64,000 nt of DNA, from positions 800,001 through 864,000 of the forward strand of contig CAWCFX010000001.1 of the NCBI GenBank assembly GCA_963795085.1, in the 5' to 3' direction. Under the pieces are notes generated by a model. That model did no database searches. It had not been told where the DNA came from and worked only from the letters and a program-made list of their open reading frames with translations. The DNA is from an uncultured Gemmatimonadales bacterium. GTDB lineage: Bacteria; Gemmatimonadota; Gemmatimonadetes; Gemmatimonadales; GWC2-71-9. The position numbers and the translations under genes were made by a program. Below, one piece after another: positions 1 to 8,941 of this stretch; within the stretch, counting starts at the first letter, position 1, and each line of letters opens with the position of its first letter.

Positions 1-1216
1 CCCGGGACCGCAGGCTGTCCGCAGTCTCGTACCCGCGTCCTCCCTTGATCTGCAGGCCGTCGTCCACAATCCGCCAGCCCATCTCGGTGTTCCACATCTT
101 GGCCATCGCCGCTTCCAGGCGGATGTCGGTGCCGCCCCGGTCCGCCATCAGCGAGGCGAGGTCGGAGACGGCCTCCATCGCGAAGGTGTCCGCGGCCATC
201 CGGCCCAGCTTGTTGGCGATGGCATCGTGCTTGCCGATGGGCGCGCCCCACTGGACCCGGGTGGCCGCCCAGCGCCGGCAGATTTCCAGCATCCGCTTGG
301 ACCCGGCGACCGCGGAGGCGGGCAGGGTCAGCCGCCCGGTGTTCAGGGTGACCAGCGCGAGCTTGAGTCCCTTGCCCTCGCCCCAGAGAAGGTTCTCGAC
401 CGGGACCTTCACATTGGTGAACCGGATGATACCGTTCTCCAGCGCGCGGAGCCCCATGAAGTGAAGCCGCTGGACCACCTCCACGCCGGGCCATTCCACC
501 TCGACGATAAAGGCGGAGATCTTCCTGCCGGTCCGCGCCATCACCACCATGAGATCGGCGATGGTGCCGTTGGTGCACCACAGCTTCTCGCCGTTCAGGA
601 TGTAGTGGGTGCCGTCGGCCGACAGTTCGGCGGTGGTGGTCAATCCGGCGGGGTCGGAGCCGACGCCGTTTTCCGTGAGGGCGAAGGCCGAGATGGCGCC
701 CTTCGCGAGGCGGGGGAAGTACTTCTTCTTCTGTTCCGGGGTGCCGAAGAGCTTGAGCGGCGTGGGGACGCCAATTGACTGGGCGGCGGAGAGCAGGGCC
801 GTCAGGTTGCCGTCCTGGCTGGTCACCAGCGCGATGGCGTGGGTATAGCTGTACTGGCTCAGGCCCAGGCCGCCGTATTCCGTGGGAATCTTGATGCCGA
901 AGGCGCCCATCTCCCGTAGCCCCTGGACCACCTCCGGCGGGATCCGGCCTTCCCGGTCAATCGCATCGCTATCCACGCCCTGCATGAAGCGCTCCAGCTT
1001 TTCCATGAACGGGCGGGCGCGTTCCAGGTCTGCGGGGTCGGGCCGGGGGAACGGATGCACCAGGTCCAGCCGGAAATTCCCCTCGAAGAGCTCCCGCACA
1101 AAGCTGGGGGCCTCCCAGTCCGTCTCCCGGGCGGCTTCGGCGACTTCGCGGGCCTCCTTCTCGGTCGCGAGGCCGCTCGGCGGTGTCGGCGGCCGTTTCG
1201 TCATCAGGTCAGTCAT
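1..1216 (-). CDS. Acyl-CoA dehydrogenase (3' end runs off window)
   Basis: Manual translation of the minus strand from ATG 1216 gives ACAD motifs: [58 protein letters not shown]. Absent from the ORF track because it has no stop in the window. Confidence 0.9.
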   Translation of the reverse strand, partial: MTDLMTKRPPTPPSGLATEKEAREVAEAARETDWEAPSFVRELFEGNFRLDLVHPFPRPDPADLERARPFMEKLERFMQGVDSDAIDREGRIPPEVVQGLREMGAFGIKIPTEYGGLGLSQYSYTHAIALVTSQDGNLTALLSAAQSIGVPTPLKLFGTPEQKKKYFPRLAKGAISAFALTENGVGSDPAGLTTTAELSADGTHYILNGEKLWCTNGTIADLMVVMARTGRKISAFIVEVEWPGVEVVQRLHFMGLRALENGIIRFTNVKVPVENLLWGEGKGLKLALVTLNTGRLTLPASAVAGSKRMLEICRRWAATRVQWGAPIGKHDAIANKLGRMAADTFAMEAVSDLASLMADRGGTDIRLEAAMAKMWNTEMGWRIVDDGLQIKGGRGYETADSLRSR

Positions 1217-1343
1217 GGACGGCTCAGGGTGGAAAGTTGGTACTGAGTTCTGGCGTTGTTAGCAGGCGCACCGCCCACCTGGTGATCCCAATGCACCCTT
1301 CCGGGCAACCCTCCGTGGACTCCGTGCTTTCGTGGTGAACTGC

Positions 1344-2024
1344 TCAAGGTTCATTCGGCACTGGAATGCGTCCCTGGACGCCCCGAAGTACGAGGTCAAC
1401 CACGTGTTGTTTCCGCTGCTCGCGAAAGGTGTCGTCCGCCGCGTTGAATCCGAGCGCGGGCATGACCGTGCGGGCGTGTACGGCCGGGAACCAGCAGAGT
1501 CCAATGATGCTCAACACGAGGTGCGCCGCTTCGACCCCCTGCGTCGTGTCGAGGCCCAGCTCTTCGGAGATGGCGGAGACCGCCTCGGCGGCGATGGTGG
1601 CGCTGGGGAGGCGCTGGAGCTGTTCGGCCCCGCTCAGGGCCTCCCGCTCCATCAGCCGGACGAAGTTGGGGTTGGCCATGATAAAATCGAAGTACTCCGC
1701 TACCGCGCCGGCCAGCACCACCTCGGACGGCTCCTGGCTGGCGAGGGCCCGATCGCGGCCGCTCCGAATCGCAGCACGCACCCGGCCGAAACAGCGTTCG
1801 AGCACCGCGTGGTAAAGCAAATCCTTGCTGCCGAAAAAATATCCCGGGGTGGCCCGGGAAACGCCGGCGGCGGCGCCGACCTGGTTGAGGCTGGTGCCCT
1901 CGTACCCCTGCTCCGCGAACAGCAGCTCGGCCGCGTTGAGGATGGCCTCGCGCGATCGGGCGGCATTTCGCTCTTTGTCGTTGCCGTGCCGGGTGCTGGT
2001 TACCATAGAGTTGGCCGGAGACAT
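1344..2024 (-). CDS. TetR/AcrR family transcriptional regulator
   Basis: N-terminal HTH 'REAILNAAELLFAEQGYEGTSLNQVGAAAGVSRATPGYFFGSKDLL'; start placed at MSPANS (uncertain). Confidence 0.9.
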   Translation of the reverse strand: MSPANSMVTSTRHGNDKERNAARSREAILNAAELLFAEQGYEGTSLNQVGAAAGVSRATPGYFFGSKDLLYHAVLERCFGRVRAAIRSGRDRALASQEPSEVVLAGAVAEYFDFIMANPNFVRLMEREALSGAEQLQRLPSATIAAEAVSAISEELGLDTTQGVEAAHLVLSIIGLCWFPAVHARTVMPALGFNAADDTFREQRKQHVVDLVLRGVQGRIPVPNEP

Positions 2025-2158
2025 GAACCATCCTTGCTTGCCGGCCAGCAAGTTAGCCTTGGGCTCGGCCACGTCAAGAGGCGGTGGCTCCTCCGGCCAG
2101 ATTGACCCGCCGGCCGAGCCCCCGTACCGTGGGGCACCGTCCATCACGGAGCCGTCTC

Positions 2159-2770
2159 ATGACCGCCCGCGCCCTCCTCGTTCTTGGCCTGCTGCTGATC
2201 CCGGACCTGGCCCCCGCCGGGCTATTCGCCCAGACGCCCGCCGCACCCCCGCCGCGGACCGGGGACGAACTCCAGGCCAGCTTCCTCGCTCACAGGAACG
2301 AGTTCGACTACCTCCTCGGCGACTGGGAGTTCACCAGCCAGAGCCAGCAGTACGGGAGGGGCCAGGGACTCTGGTCCGCGGTCCGGCTGGCCGAAGGCCA
2401 GATACTGGACGAGTACCGGGTGATGGGAGACAGCGGCGAGACGTACTACGTCACCACTACCCTGCGTAACTACAACGGGGCGCTCGACCGCTGGGAGCTC
2501 ACCGGCGCCGACGCCGGCCGCGGCCTGCTCGACACGGGAACGGGCCGCAAGGTCGGCGACGAAATCCATATCGAGCAGCACTTCGGCGTGGGCGGCCCGG
2601 AACCGTCGCTCTGGCGGATCCGCTACTACGACATCCGGCCCGATCGCTTCTCCTGGACCGGCGACCGCTCCACCGACGAGGGCCGCACCTGGATCCGGCA
2701 GTATCTCATCATCGAGGCCCGGCGGATCGGACCCGCGCGCGTGATGGAGCCGCTGACGGCAGGACGGTAG
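2159..2770 (+). CDS. Secreted hypothetical protein (predicted beta-rich)
   Basis: Signal-peptide-like N-terminus MTARALLVLGLLL; 'FDYLLGDW' and 'FSWTGDRSTDEGRTW' segments. Confidence 0.7.
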   Translation: MTARALLVLGLLLIPDLAPAGLFAQTPAAPPPRTGDELQASFLAHRNEFDYLLGDWEFTSQSQQYGRGQGLWSAVRLAEGQILDEYRVMGDSGETYYVTTTLRNYNGALDRWELTGADAGRGLLDTGTGRKVGDEIHIEQHFGVGGPEPSLWRIRYYDIRPDRFSWTGDRSTDEGRTWIRQYLIIEARRIGPARVMEPLTAGR

Positions 2771-2820
2771 GATGGTGGGACGGTAAGGCGGTAGGATGGT
2801 AAGAGCGGCAGGATGGTATG
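2757..2820 (+). repeat. Degenerate 8-bp tandem repeat (GACGGTAG-like)
   Basis: ggacggta ggatggtg ggacggta aggcggta ggatggta... between convergent genes. Confidence 0.75.
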
Positions 2821-2880
2821 ACGTTGGTTCCCTGGGCCATACCTATGCGCGGTACGCCACACCCCAGTGCGTCCCGCACT

Positions 2881-4131
2881 CTAGCGAAACGTGCCGGGAC
2901 TCACCTCGTAGGTCAGGTGGTACGCGCCGGCTTCATCTTCCGGGGCCCAGAAGCCCAGTTGCTCAGTCCACCGGGTCCGGGAGAGCCGGCGGCCGGCGAG
3001 GCTCAGGAAGCCGGCCGCCCGCCCGGTGATCACCCCCAGCTTGCGGAGGTCGGTGAGGCCGCGGGGCCGGTGAGACCGCCGCTCCTCCGTTATGCGCCGC
3101 GCGGTGGCGGGGCCGATGCCGGGGACCCGGGCCAGTTCCTCTCGGGAAGCCCGGGTAATCTCGACCGGAAACCGCTCCGGATGCGCCAGGGCCCAGGCCG
3201 CCTTGGGATCGAGCCCGAGCGGCAGATCGTCGCTCTCTCCGTAGGCGACTTCGTCGGCGGTAAAACCGTAGTCGGTCAGCAGGTGGGAGACCTGGTAGAG
3301 GCGGTGCTCACGCAGCGCCGGCGTGGCGGGCATGGATTCCAACGGGGTCCGCGCAATCGGCCGGAATGCGCTGAAATGGGGATGGTGCACGCCGCCCCCC
3401 CGAGAAAGGCTCGCCACGGTGTTGATCAGGGTGCGGTCGCTGTCCGGGGTGGCGCCCACTACGAACTGCATGGTGATCCCCGAGGCCCCGCCCGGCCGGA
3501 GCAGGTTCACCGGGCGACCCTCGGCCCGGCCCTCCCGCTCGCGCACCACCAACTGGCGCACCATTTCGAAGTTGTCCCGGGTGATGGTCCAGTTTTTCTC
3601 CGGGGCGATCGGCGCCAGGGTCGCCCCGCAGGGAGTCTCGAAGTTGACCGACACCCGGTTGGCGAGCGAGGTTACCTGTTCGATCTGGGCAGCATCGGCC
3701 CCCGGAACCAGCTTTACATGGATGTAGCCGGTGAACCGGTGACGATCCCGCAGCAGTTCCAGCGCGGTAATCAGGCCGTCCATGACCCGGACCGGCCGTC
3801 CCGGGATGCCGGTGGTGATGAACAGGCCGTCACACCACCCGCGGGCCCGCGCGGCGAGAAAAATCCGGACCAGCTCCTCCGGCTTGAGGAGGGTCCGGGG
3901 CATCTCGCGGTCCCGGCGCATCGGGCAGTAGTGGCAATTGAAGCTGCAGGCGTTGGTCATCAGAATGCGCAGCAGCCTGGTACGCCCGGCACCGGTGCGG
4001 AGATCCCGGATATTGATTGGGCCCAGGGCCCCCCGGGTATGCCGTAACCGGGGCGGCGGAGGGGCGCCGTCGCGATCGTCTACCGCGAGCGCCATCAGGA
4101 TGTCGAGTTTCTGGGCGAGCGTTTCCGGCAT
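2881..4131 (-). CDS. Putative DNA modification/repair radical SAM protein with helix-hairpin-helix
   Basis: CxxxCxxC 'NACSFNCHYC', 'GYIHVKLVPGA', 'REHRLYQ', 'LDPKAAWAL', HhH 'LARVPGIG'. Confidence 0.9.
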   Translation of the reverse strand: MPETLAQKLDILMALAVDDRDGAPPPPRLRHTRGALGPINIRDLRTGAGRTRLLRILMTNACSFNCHYCPMRRDREMPRTLLKPEELVRIFLAARARGWCDGLFITTGIPGRPVRVMDGLITALELLRDRHRFTGYIHVKLVPGADAAQIEQVTSLANRVSVNFETPCGATLAPIAPEKNWTITRDNFEMVRQLVVREREGRAEGRPVNLLRPGGASGITMQFVVGATPDSDRTLINTVASLSRGGGVHHPHFSAFRPIARTPLESMPATPALREHRLYQVSHLLTDYGFTADEVAYGESDDLPLGLDPKAAWALAHPERFPVEITRASREELARVPGIGPATARRITEERRSHRPRGLTDLRKLGVITGRAAGFLSLAGRRLSRTRWTEQLGFWAPEDEAGAYHLTYEVSPGTFR

Positions 4132-4159
4132 GAGCCACCTTCGAGCAGATCCAGACAAC

Positions 4160-4188
4160 AGGGTAACCGAATAAACACCGAAAATCAA
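4160..4188 (-). promoter_or_regulatory. Sigma70-type promoter of the radical SAM gene with a direct-repeat operator candidate
   Basis: Minus strand TTGATT-N17-TACCCT; the spacer is TTCGGT-N5-TTCGGT. Confidence 0.55.
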
Positions 4189-4214
4189 TACTCACCTGCA
4201 CCCGGGTTTCCACC

Positions 4215-4721
4215 ATGGATTTTTCGCTTATCCTCCTCCGGCTGCTCCATATCGGTCTTGGGGTGTTCTGGGTCGGCGCTATCGTGTTCAACACGCTTTT
4301 CCTGGTCCCGGCGATTCGGGATGCCGGTCCCGACGGGGCCAAGGTTGCAGCTGGATTGATGAAACGCCGCTTCATGGACATAACCCCGGTGGTCGCCATC
4401 GTCACCATTATCTCCGGGCTTTGGCTCTATTGGAGGGCATCGGGTGGTTTCCAGCCGGCCTATGTGCACTCTCCCATGGGTGGCGCGCTGGCCGTGGGTG
4501 GGTTGCTGGCCATCGTGGGGTTTGCGGTGGGCATCGCTGTGATGCGGCCTTCGATGCTCAAGGCGGCCGCACTGGCCCGGGGAGCCGCGAGTTCGGCCGA
4601 CAAGGAATCGGTGATGGAGGAGGCGCAGCGGCTCCGGCTGCGGGCCCAGGGGGCGGGTAGGTGGGTGGCCGCACTGTTGAGCCTGAGCGTCGCGGCCATG
4701 GCCGTGGCGCGCTATCTCTGA
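4215..4721 (+). CDS. Four-TM membrane protein (CopD/DUF2269-like)
   Basis: 'LRLLHIGLGVFWVG' helix-1 His motif plus three more hydrophobic segments. Confidence 0.7.
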   Translation: MDFSLILLRLLHIGLGVFWVGAIVFNTLFLVPAIRDAGPDGAKVAAGLMKRRFMDITPVVAIVTIISGLWLYWRASGGFQPAYVHSPMGGALAVGGLLAIVGFAVGIAVMRPSMLKAAALARGAASSADKESVMEEAQRLRLRAQGAGRWVAALLSLSVAAMAVARYL

Positions 4722-4739
4722 GCCAGCGGGCCAGACCTG

Positions 4740-5264
4740 GTGCCTGAACCGTGGCTTCGCGGGCCGCTCCCCGACGTGCCCCCCGCCCTGCAGCCGGCCG
4801 CCCACGCCCTGGTCGCATCAGGGGAGGAACTGGGCCTCCTGTTACCCGGCCTCGCCGCCGAAGAGATCTGGACCAGCCTCGACGGCGCCGCCACCATTGG
4901 TTTTCACCTGGTGCACCTGTCGGGGAGCACCGACCGCCTGCTCACCTACGCACGGGGCGAACCGCTGAGCGAACGGCAGCAAGGCGCTCTCGCCGCCGAG
5001 CGGGCACTGGCGGCGCCATACCCCGAGGTCGAGAGCTTGGTGCAGGAATGGAAAATGGTCGTGGACCGGGCCCTGGTTCAGTTGGCACGGACCCCAGCGG
5101 AGAGTCTGACGGCGCCGCGGTTCATTGGGCGCGCTCGGCTGCCATCAAACGTACTGGGCGTGCTCTTCCATGCGGCAGAGCACGCCCAGCGTCACACCGG
5201 CCAGGTGGTCACGACAGCGAAAATTCTTACCGGACGCCGACCGCCCCCCGCACCGACTCGATGA
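4740..5264 (+). CDS. DinB/YfiT superfamily metal-dependent protein
   Basis: 'IGFHLVHL' and 'HAAEHAQRHTGQ' His motifs. Confidence 0.8.
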   Translation: MPEPWLRGPLPDVPPALQPAAHALVASGEELGLLLPGLAAEEIWTSLDGAATIGFHLVHLSGSTDRLLTYARGEPLSERQQGALAAERALAAPYPEVESLVQEWKMVVDRALVQLARTPAESLTAPRFIGRARLPSNVLGVLFHAAEHAQRHTGQVVTTAKILTGRRPPPAPTR

Positions 5265-6645
5265 GCCTGGCGGAGTCGTATCCCAGCCCGCCCTTGAACA
5301 CGGTCACTACGTCCCGGATCTGGCCGGGAACCCGGACCGGGTCGCCCTTGATGACCACCAGGTCGGCGAGTTTTCCAACTGCGACCGATCCATATTCCCG
5401 GTCCGCACCCAGCACCCGCGCCCCGTTCAGGGTCATGATCTGAATGGCCTCCACCGGGGCGAAGCCGGCTTCGATCAGCAACTCGTAGTTCCGCTGGTCG
5501 CCGTAGCCGGGCAGGGCGCCGCCGTTGCCGGTCGGATCCACCCCCGCCGCCATCAGACCACCGGCCCGCACGAACGCCAGCTCGAACGCCTGCGCCTTCT
5601 TGAAGATCTCCTGCGAAATCGCAAAGGCGCCCGGCTCCGCCAGCCGGGCCCGCGACGTGAGGTACTCGGCCTTGGTCTCCGGGCTCATCGCGGCCAGCAC
5701 CCGCTCTTCCAGCGGCGGCCGGTTGGGCACGAACAACTCGAAGACCGCCAGGGTGGAGGTCATCGCGACCTTGTTGTCGATCATTGCCCGGAACGTGGTC
5801 TGGACCGGCTCACTCGACACATCGAGCGTGGCGAGCTTGGTCATGGCATCGCTGGGGCACTGGTCGGGCTGCTTGGCGGGGTCGTACTCCGTGTTGACGA
5901 ACAGCCCATGCTCCAGGTTGTCGATGCCGAGCGAGACAGCCTCCCGGAACCCGACGGAGCAGAGATGCCCGGTGACCTTGAGACCTCGTTTATGGGCCTG
6001 GTCAATGGCCGCGCCCATCACCGCCCGGCTCGGCGTCGTGTAGAACTTGAGCCAGGTGGCGCCTTCTTCCGCCCAGTAGTCCACCGTGCGGCGGGCTGCT
6101 TCCGGGGTGAGCAGCTGGTGCATGTGGCTGCTGCCGCCCTCGCCGGTGAGATAGGGGCCGGTGATATACATCCGGGGTCCCGGCACGTTGCCCTGCTCGA
6201 TGTTGCGCTTCAGATTGATTTCGCTGTACGGGGAAGCGCTGCCGGTGGTGCGGACGGTGGTGACACCGCTGGCCAGGTAGAGCCGCGGCCCCGTGGTGTT
6301 CATCTGGACGCTGCGGTTGCTCGTCGTGTAGAAGGTGTGGTCGTGGAGGCCGACGATGCCGGGGATCACCGTGTGGCCGGTGAGATCATGCACCTGGGCG
6401 CCCGGGGGGACCCGGACCGAGGCACTGGGGCCGAGCGCGGTAATCCGGTCGCCGGTGATGACGATGGTCTGGTCCACCATCGGGGCCGCGCCGGTGCCGT
6501 CCACCACCTGCACGTGGGTGAGGGCGACCACCGGCGCATCGACGCTGACCCAGTTACGCTGGCCGGCCGTGGCGCGGCCCGCTGCCTGGGCGGCCAGGCA
6601 CGCCGGCACGGCGATGAACGCGGCAAGAAGAACAGGTGAGCGCAT
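5227..6645 (-). CDS. Secreted amidohydrolase family protein
   Basis: 'PGIVGLHDH', 'LASGVTTVR', 'GSVAVGKLADLVV'; signal peptide. Confidence 0.88.
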   Translation of the reverse strand: MRSPVLLAAFIAVPACLAAQAAGRATAGQRNWVSVDAPVVALTHVQVVDGTGAAPMVDQTIVITGDRITALGPSASVRVPPGAQVHDLTGHTVIPGIVGLHDHTFYTTSNRSVQMNTTGPRLYLASGVTTVRTTGSASPYSEINLKRNIEQGNVPGPRMYITGPYLTGEGGSSHMHQLLTPEAARRTVDYWAEEGATWLKFYTTPSRAVMGAAIDQAHKRGLKVTGHLCSVGFREAVSLGIDNLEHGLFVNTEYDPAKQPDQCPSDAMTKLATLDVSSEPVQTTFRAMIDNKVAMTSTLAVFELFVPNRPPLEERVLAAMSPETKAEYLTSRARLAEPGAFAISQEIFKKAQAFELAFVRAGGLMAAGVDPTGNGGALPGYGDQRNYELLIEAGFAPVEAIQIMTLNGARVLGADREYGSVAVGKLADLVVIKGDPVRVPGQIRDVVTVFKGGLGYDSARLIESVRGAVGVR

Positions 6646-6716
6646 GGCAGTCCCCAGGGAAACAGGAATGAACGTATGGCGGGCCGAGGACTGGCAAGAT
6701 ACTGCTGTCTCGACAC

Positions 6717-6835
6717 ATCCCTCAATCCCTCAATTCCCTCAATTCCCTCAATTCCCCCATTCCCTCAATTCCCTCAATTCCCTCAATTCCCCCATTCCCT
6801 CAATTCCCTCAATTCCCCTCCCATTTCCCTCAATT
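6717..6835 (+). repeat. 9-bp tandem repeat TCCCTCAAT (about 13 copies)
   Basis: Direct inspection; lies between the MCO 3' end and the amidohydrolase start. Confidence 0.9.
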
Positions 6836-8938
6836 CACCCCCACCATCGCGTGCATTCCCGCCTCCAGGTGCTCGGCGATGTGGCAGTGGATCATCCAGG
6901 CTCCCGGATTGGAAAACTCCACCAGCAGATCGAGCGTCCCGCCCGCCGGCACCAGGGCGGTGTCCTTCCAGACGAGGTTGGCCGTCGGCACCTCGTTTCG
7001 AGCCAGCACCAGGAACCGCTGGCCGTGAAGATGGATGGGATGCTGCATGGCGTGAAGGGTGTGGCGGTCATTGACCAGCCGGATCCGGGCGAGCGTTCCC
7101 CGCTCCACCTTCCAGTCAATGTCCATGTTCTCCCGGCCGGTGCCCCCGTCGCGGATGATCCAGCGTATTTCCCGGCTGGTACTGAGCCAGTCCATCATCG
7201 GCATGGTGCCCACCCATTCCACCGGGTTGACGTAGGCGGTGTCCAGCCGCATCGCCTGGATCAGTCCAAAGGGGAGGCTGTCGCTTGCCACCTCGACCGT
7301 GAGGATGAGGGTCCGGTCGGGCGCCGCGCCGAGATAGTTACGCAGCGAGTCGGCCACGTCGCCAGTCTGGCGCAAGGTGCTGAAGGCGGGCCGCGGCTGC
7401 ATCCGGCGGGGCGGCGAAGCCTGGATGGTGGCGAGGGTATCGGTCTGGGGGAAGTACACGCCGGTCTGGTGATCGAGCGCCTGGATCCGGTTGAGGAAGG
7501 TGTAACTGCCCGGGGCTTCGATCCGCGCGTCCACGACGTATCGCTCCGCCGGCGCAATCGCGATGTTGTCCACCCACTCCTCCCGCTGGAACCGGCTCAG
7601 GTCGCCGGCGATGAGCTTGAGGCGGGCGCCCGGGAGCGAGAGGTTCCACGTCCTCACGTTGCTCACGTTGGTCAGGTAGAGCCGGACGACCTCGCCGGCC
7701 CGGACCTGGAACTCCGGCCGCGGCTCGCCGTTGACGAGCGGCGTGTTGCCAAACCGCCCCATGAACGCGTGCGTGGCCCGCTCCCGCCCGAAGGGGACCA
7801 GCCCCTCCCCGTCCATTAGCAGGTCGTCGAGCATGAGCACCAGTTCCCGGTCGGCGGGGGCGAAGAACGCCGGGTCGCTGGACCGGACCAGCAGGTTCCC
7901 GTAGAGTCCCAGGTCCTGCTGGATATCTTCGCGGACGTGCGGGTGGTACCAGTAGATGCCGGCATCCGGGAAGCGCACGGTGTAAAGGAAGTCTCCTCCG
8001 GCCGGGACTGCCGCCTGGGTCATCTCCGGCACCCCGTCGAACCGGTTGTCCAGCCGCACCCCGTGCCAGTGGATGGTGGACGGCTGGTCCAGCCGGTTCC
8101 GGAACTGCACCGTGACCGTCGCCGCCTGAGCCACCTCGATCAACGGGCCGGGATACTGCCCGTTGAAGCCGAACATCACGATGCTCCGCCCCGCGACCGA
8201 CCGGCGAATCCGCCCGGCCGTGAGCGAGAGGGTGTCCCCGTCCTGGAGCCGCACCAGCTCCCGGGGCCGGCCCGCCGGAATCTCGCCATCCTCCGGCGGC
8301 AGGTAGGGCGTGGCGCTGGGCCGCATCCGTTCCAGCCCGGGCACCATCGGGGTGATGCCCGGAAAATCGGGAGGCATGCGCCAGCCGTCCAACCCGGGAT
8401 GCCCGTGCGCTGCCGTCGCCTGGGGTGGGAGCATGTTGACGCCATGGGGCATCATGATCGTCCCCGGAGAACCGCCCCTGAGCACCAGTCTTCCCCGCCG
8501 CTGGGTCACGGTGTCTGATGCCTCGGCGCTGACCAGGACCAGGAACTTGTTGAGAGCGACCTCGCCCAGGCCGGTCGTTCCGTTCCGCACGATGCCGAGC
8601 CGGATGACGGTGTCGAAGGTCGGCGTCGTCACCCAGGCGATATAGGTGGTGTAATCACCCAGCGAGGCAGGCGGGGGGAGATCGGAGGCGCGGAGTTCCA
8701 GCTGAAATCGCTGGACTCCCCCCGTCGTGACGTCCACGCCGAAGGGGCCGGAGGCGCGGCCCAGCGTCACCATGCCCCGGGTGTCGAGCAGGTCCGGCGT
8801 GGGCTCCAGCGTCATGCAGTAGAGATCCCGGGCCGGCAGATGGCGCCCGGGGCGGTCGCAGAAATCGGCCGCCTGTTGGGGAGACGCCGCTGACGCGAGC
8901 AGGGCCGAGGCCAGGAGTCCGTGGCGCAGAGGCGACAT
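6830..8938 (-). CDS. Multicopper oxidase with N-terminal extension
   Basis: All four Cu motifs: HWHG, WYHPH, HPIHLHG, HCHIAEHLEAGM. Confidence 0.93.
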   Translation of the reverse strand: MSPLRHGLLASALLASAASPQQAADFCDRPGRHLPARDLYCMTLEPTPDLLDTRGMVTLGRASGPFGVDVTTGGVQRFQLELRASDLPPPASLGDYTTYIAWVTTPTFDTVIRLGIVRNGTTGLGEVALNKFLVLVSAEASDTVTQRRGRLVLRGGSPGTIMMPHGVNMLPPQATAAHGHPGLDGWRMPPDFPGITPMVPGLERMRPSATPYLPPEDGEIPAGRPRELVRLQDGDTLSLTAGRIRRSVAGRSIVMFGFNGQYPGPLIEVAQAATVTVQFRNRLDQPSTIHWHGVRLDNRFDGVPEMTQAAVPAGGDFLYTVRFPDAGIYWYHPHVREDIQQDLGLYGNLLVRSSDPAFFAPADRELVLMLDDLLMDGEGLVPFGRERATHAFMGRFGNTPLVNGEPRPEFQVRAGEVVRLYLTNVSNVRTWNLSLPGARLKLIAGDLSRFQREEWVDNIAIAPAERYVVDARIEAPGSYTFLNRIQALDHQTGVYFPQTDTLATIQASPPRRMQPRPAFSTLRQTGDVADSLRNYLGAAPDRTLILTVEVASDSLPFGLIQAMRLDTAYVNPVEWVGTMPMMDWLSTSREIRWIIRDGGTGRENMDIDWKVERGTLARIRLVNDRHTLHAMQHPIHLHGQRFLVLARNEVPTANLVWKDTALVPAGGTLDLLVEFSNPGAWMIHCHIAEHLEAGMHAMVGVN

Positions 8939-8941
8939 CGT

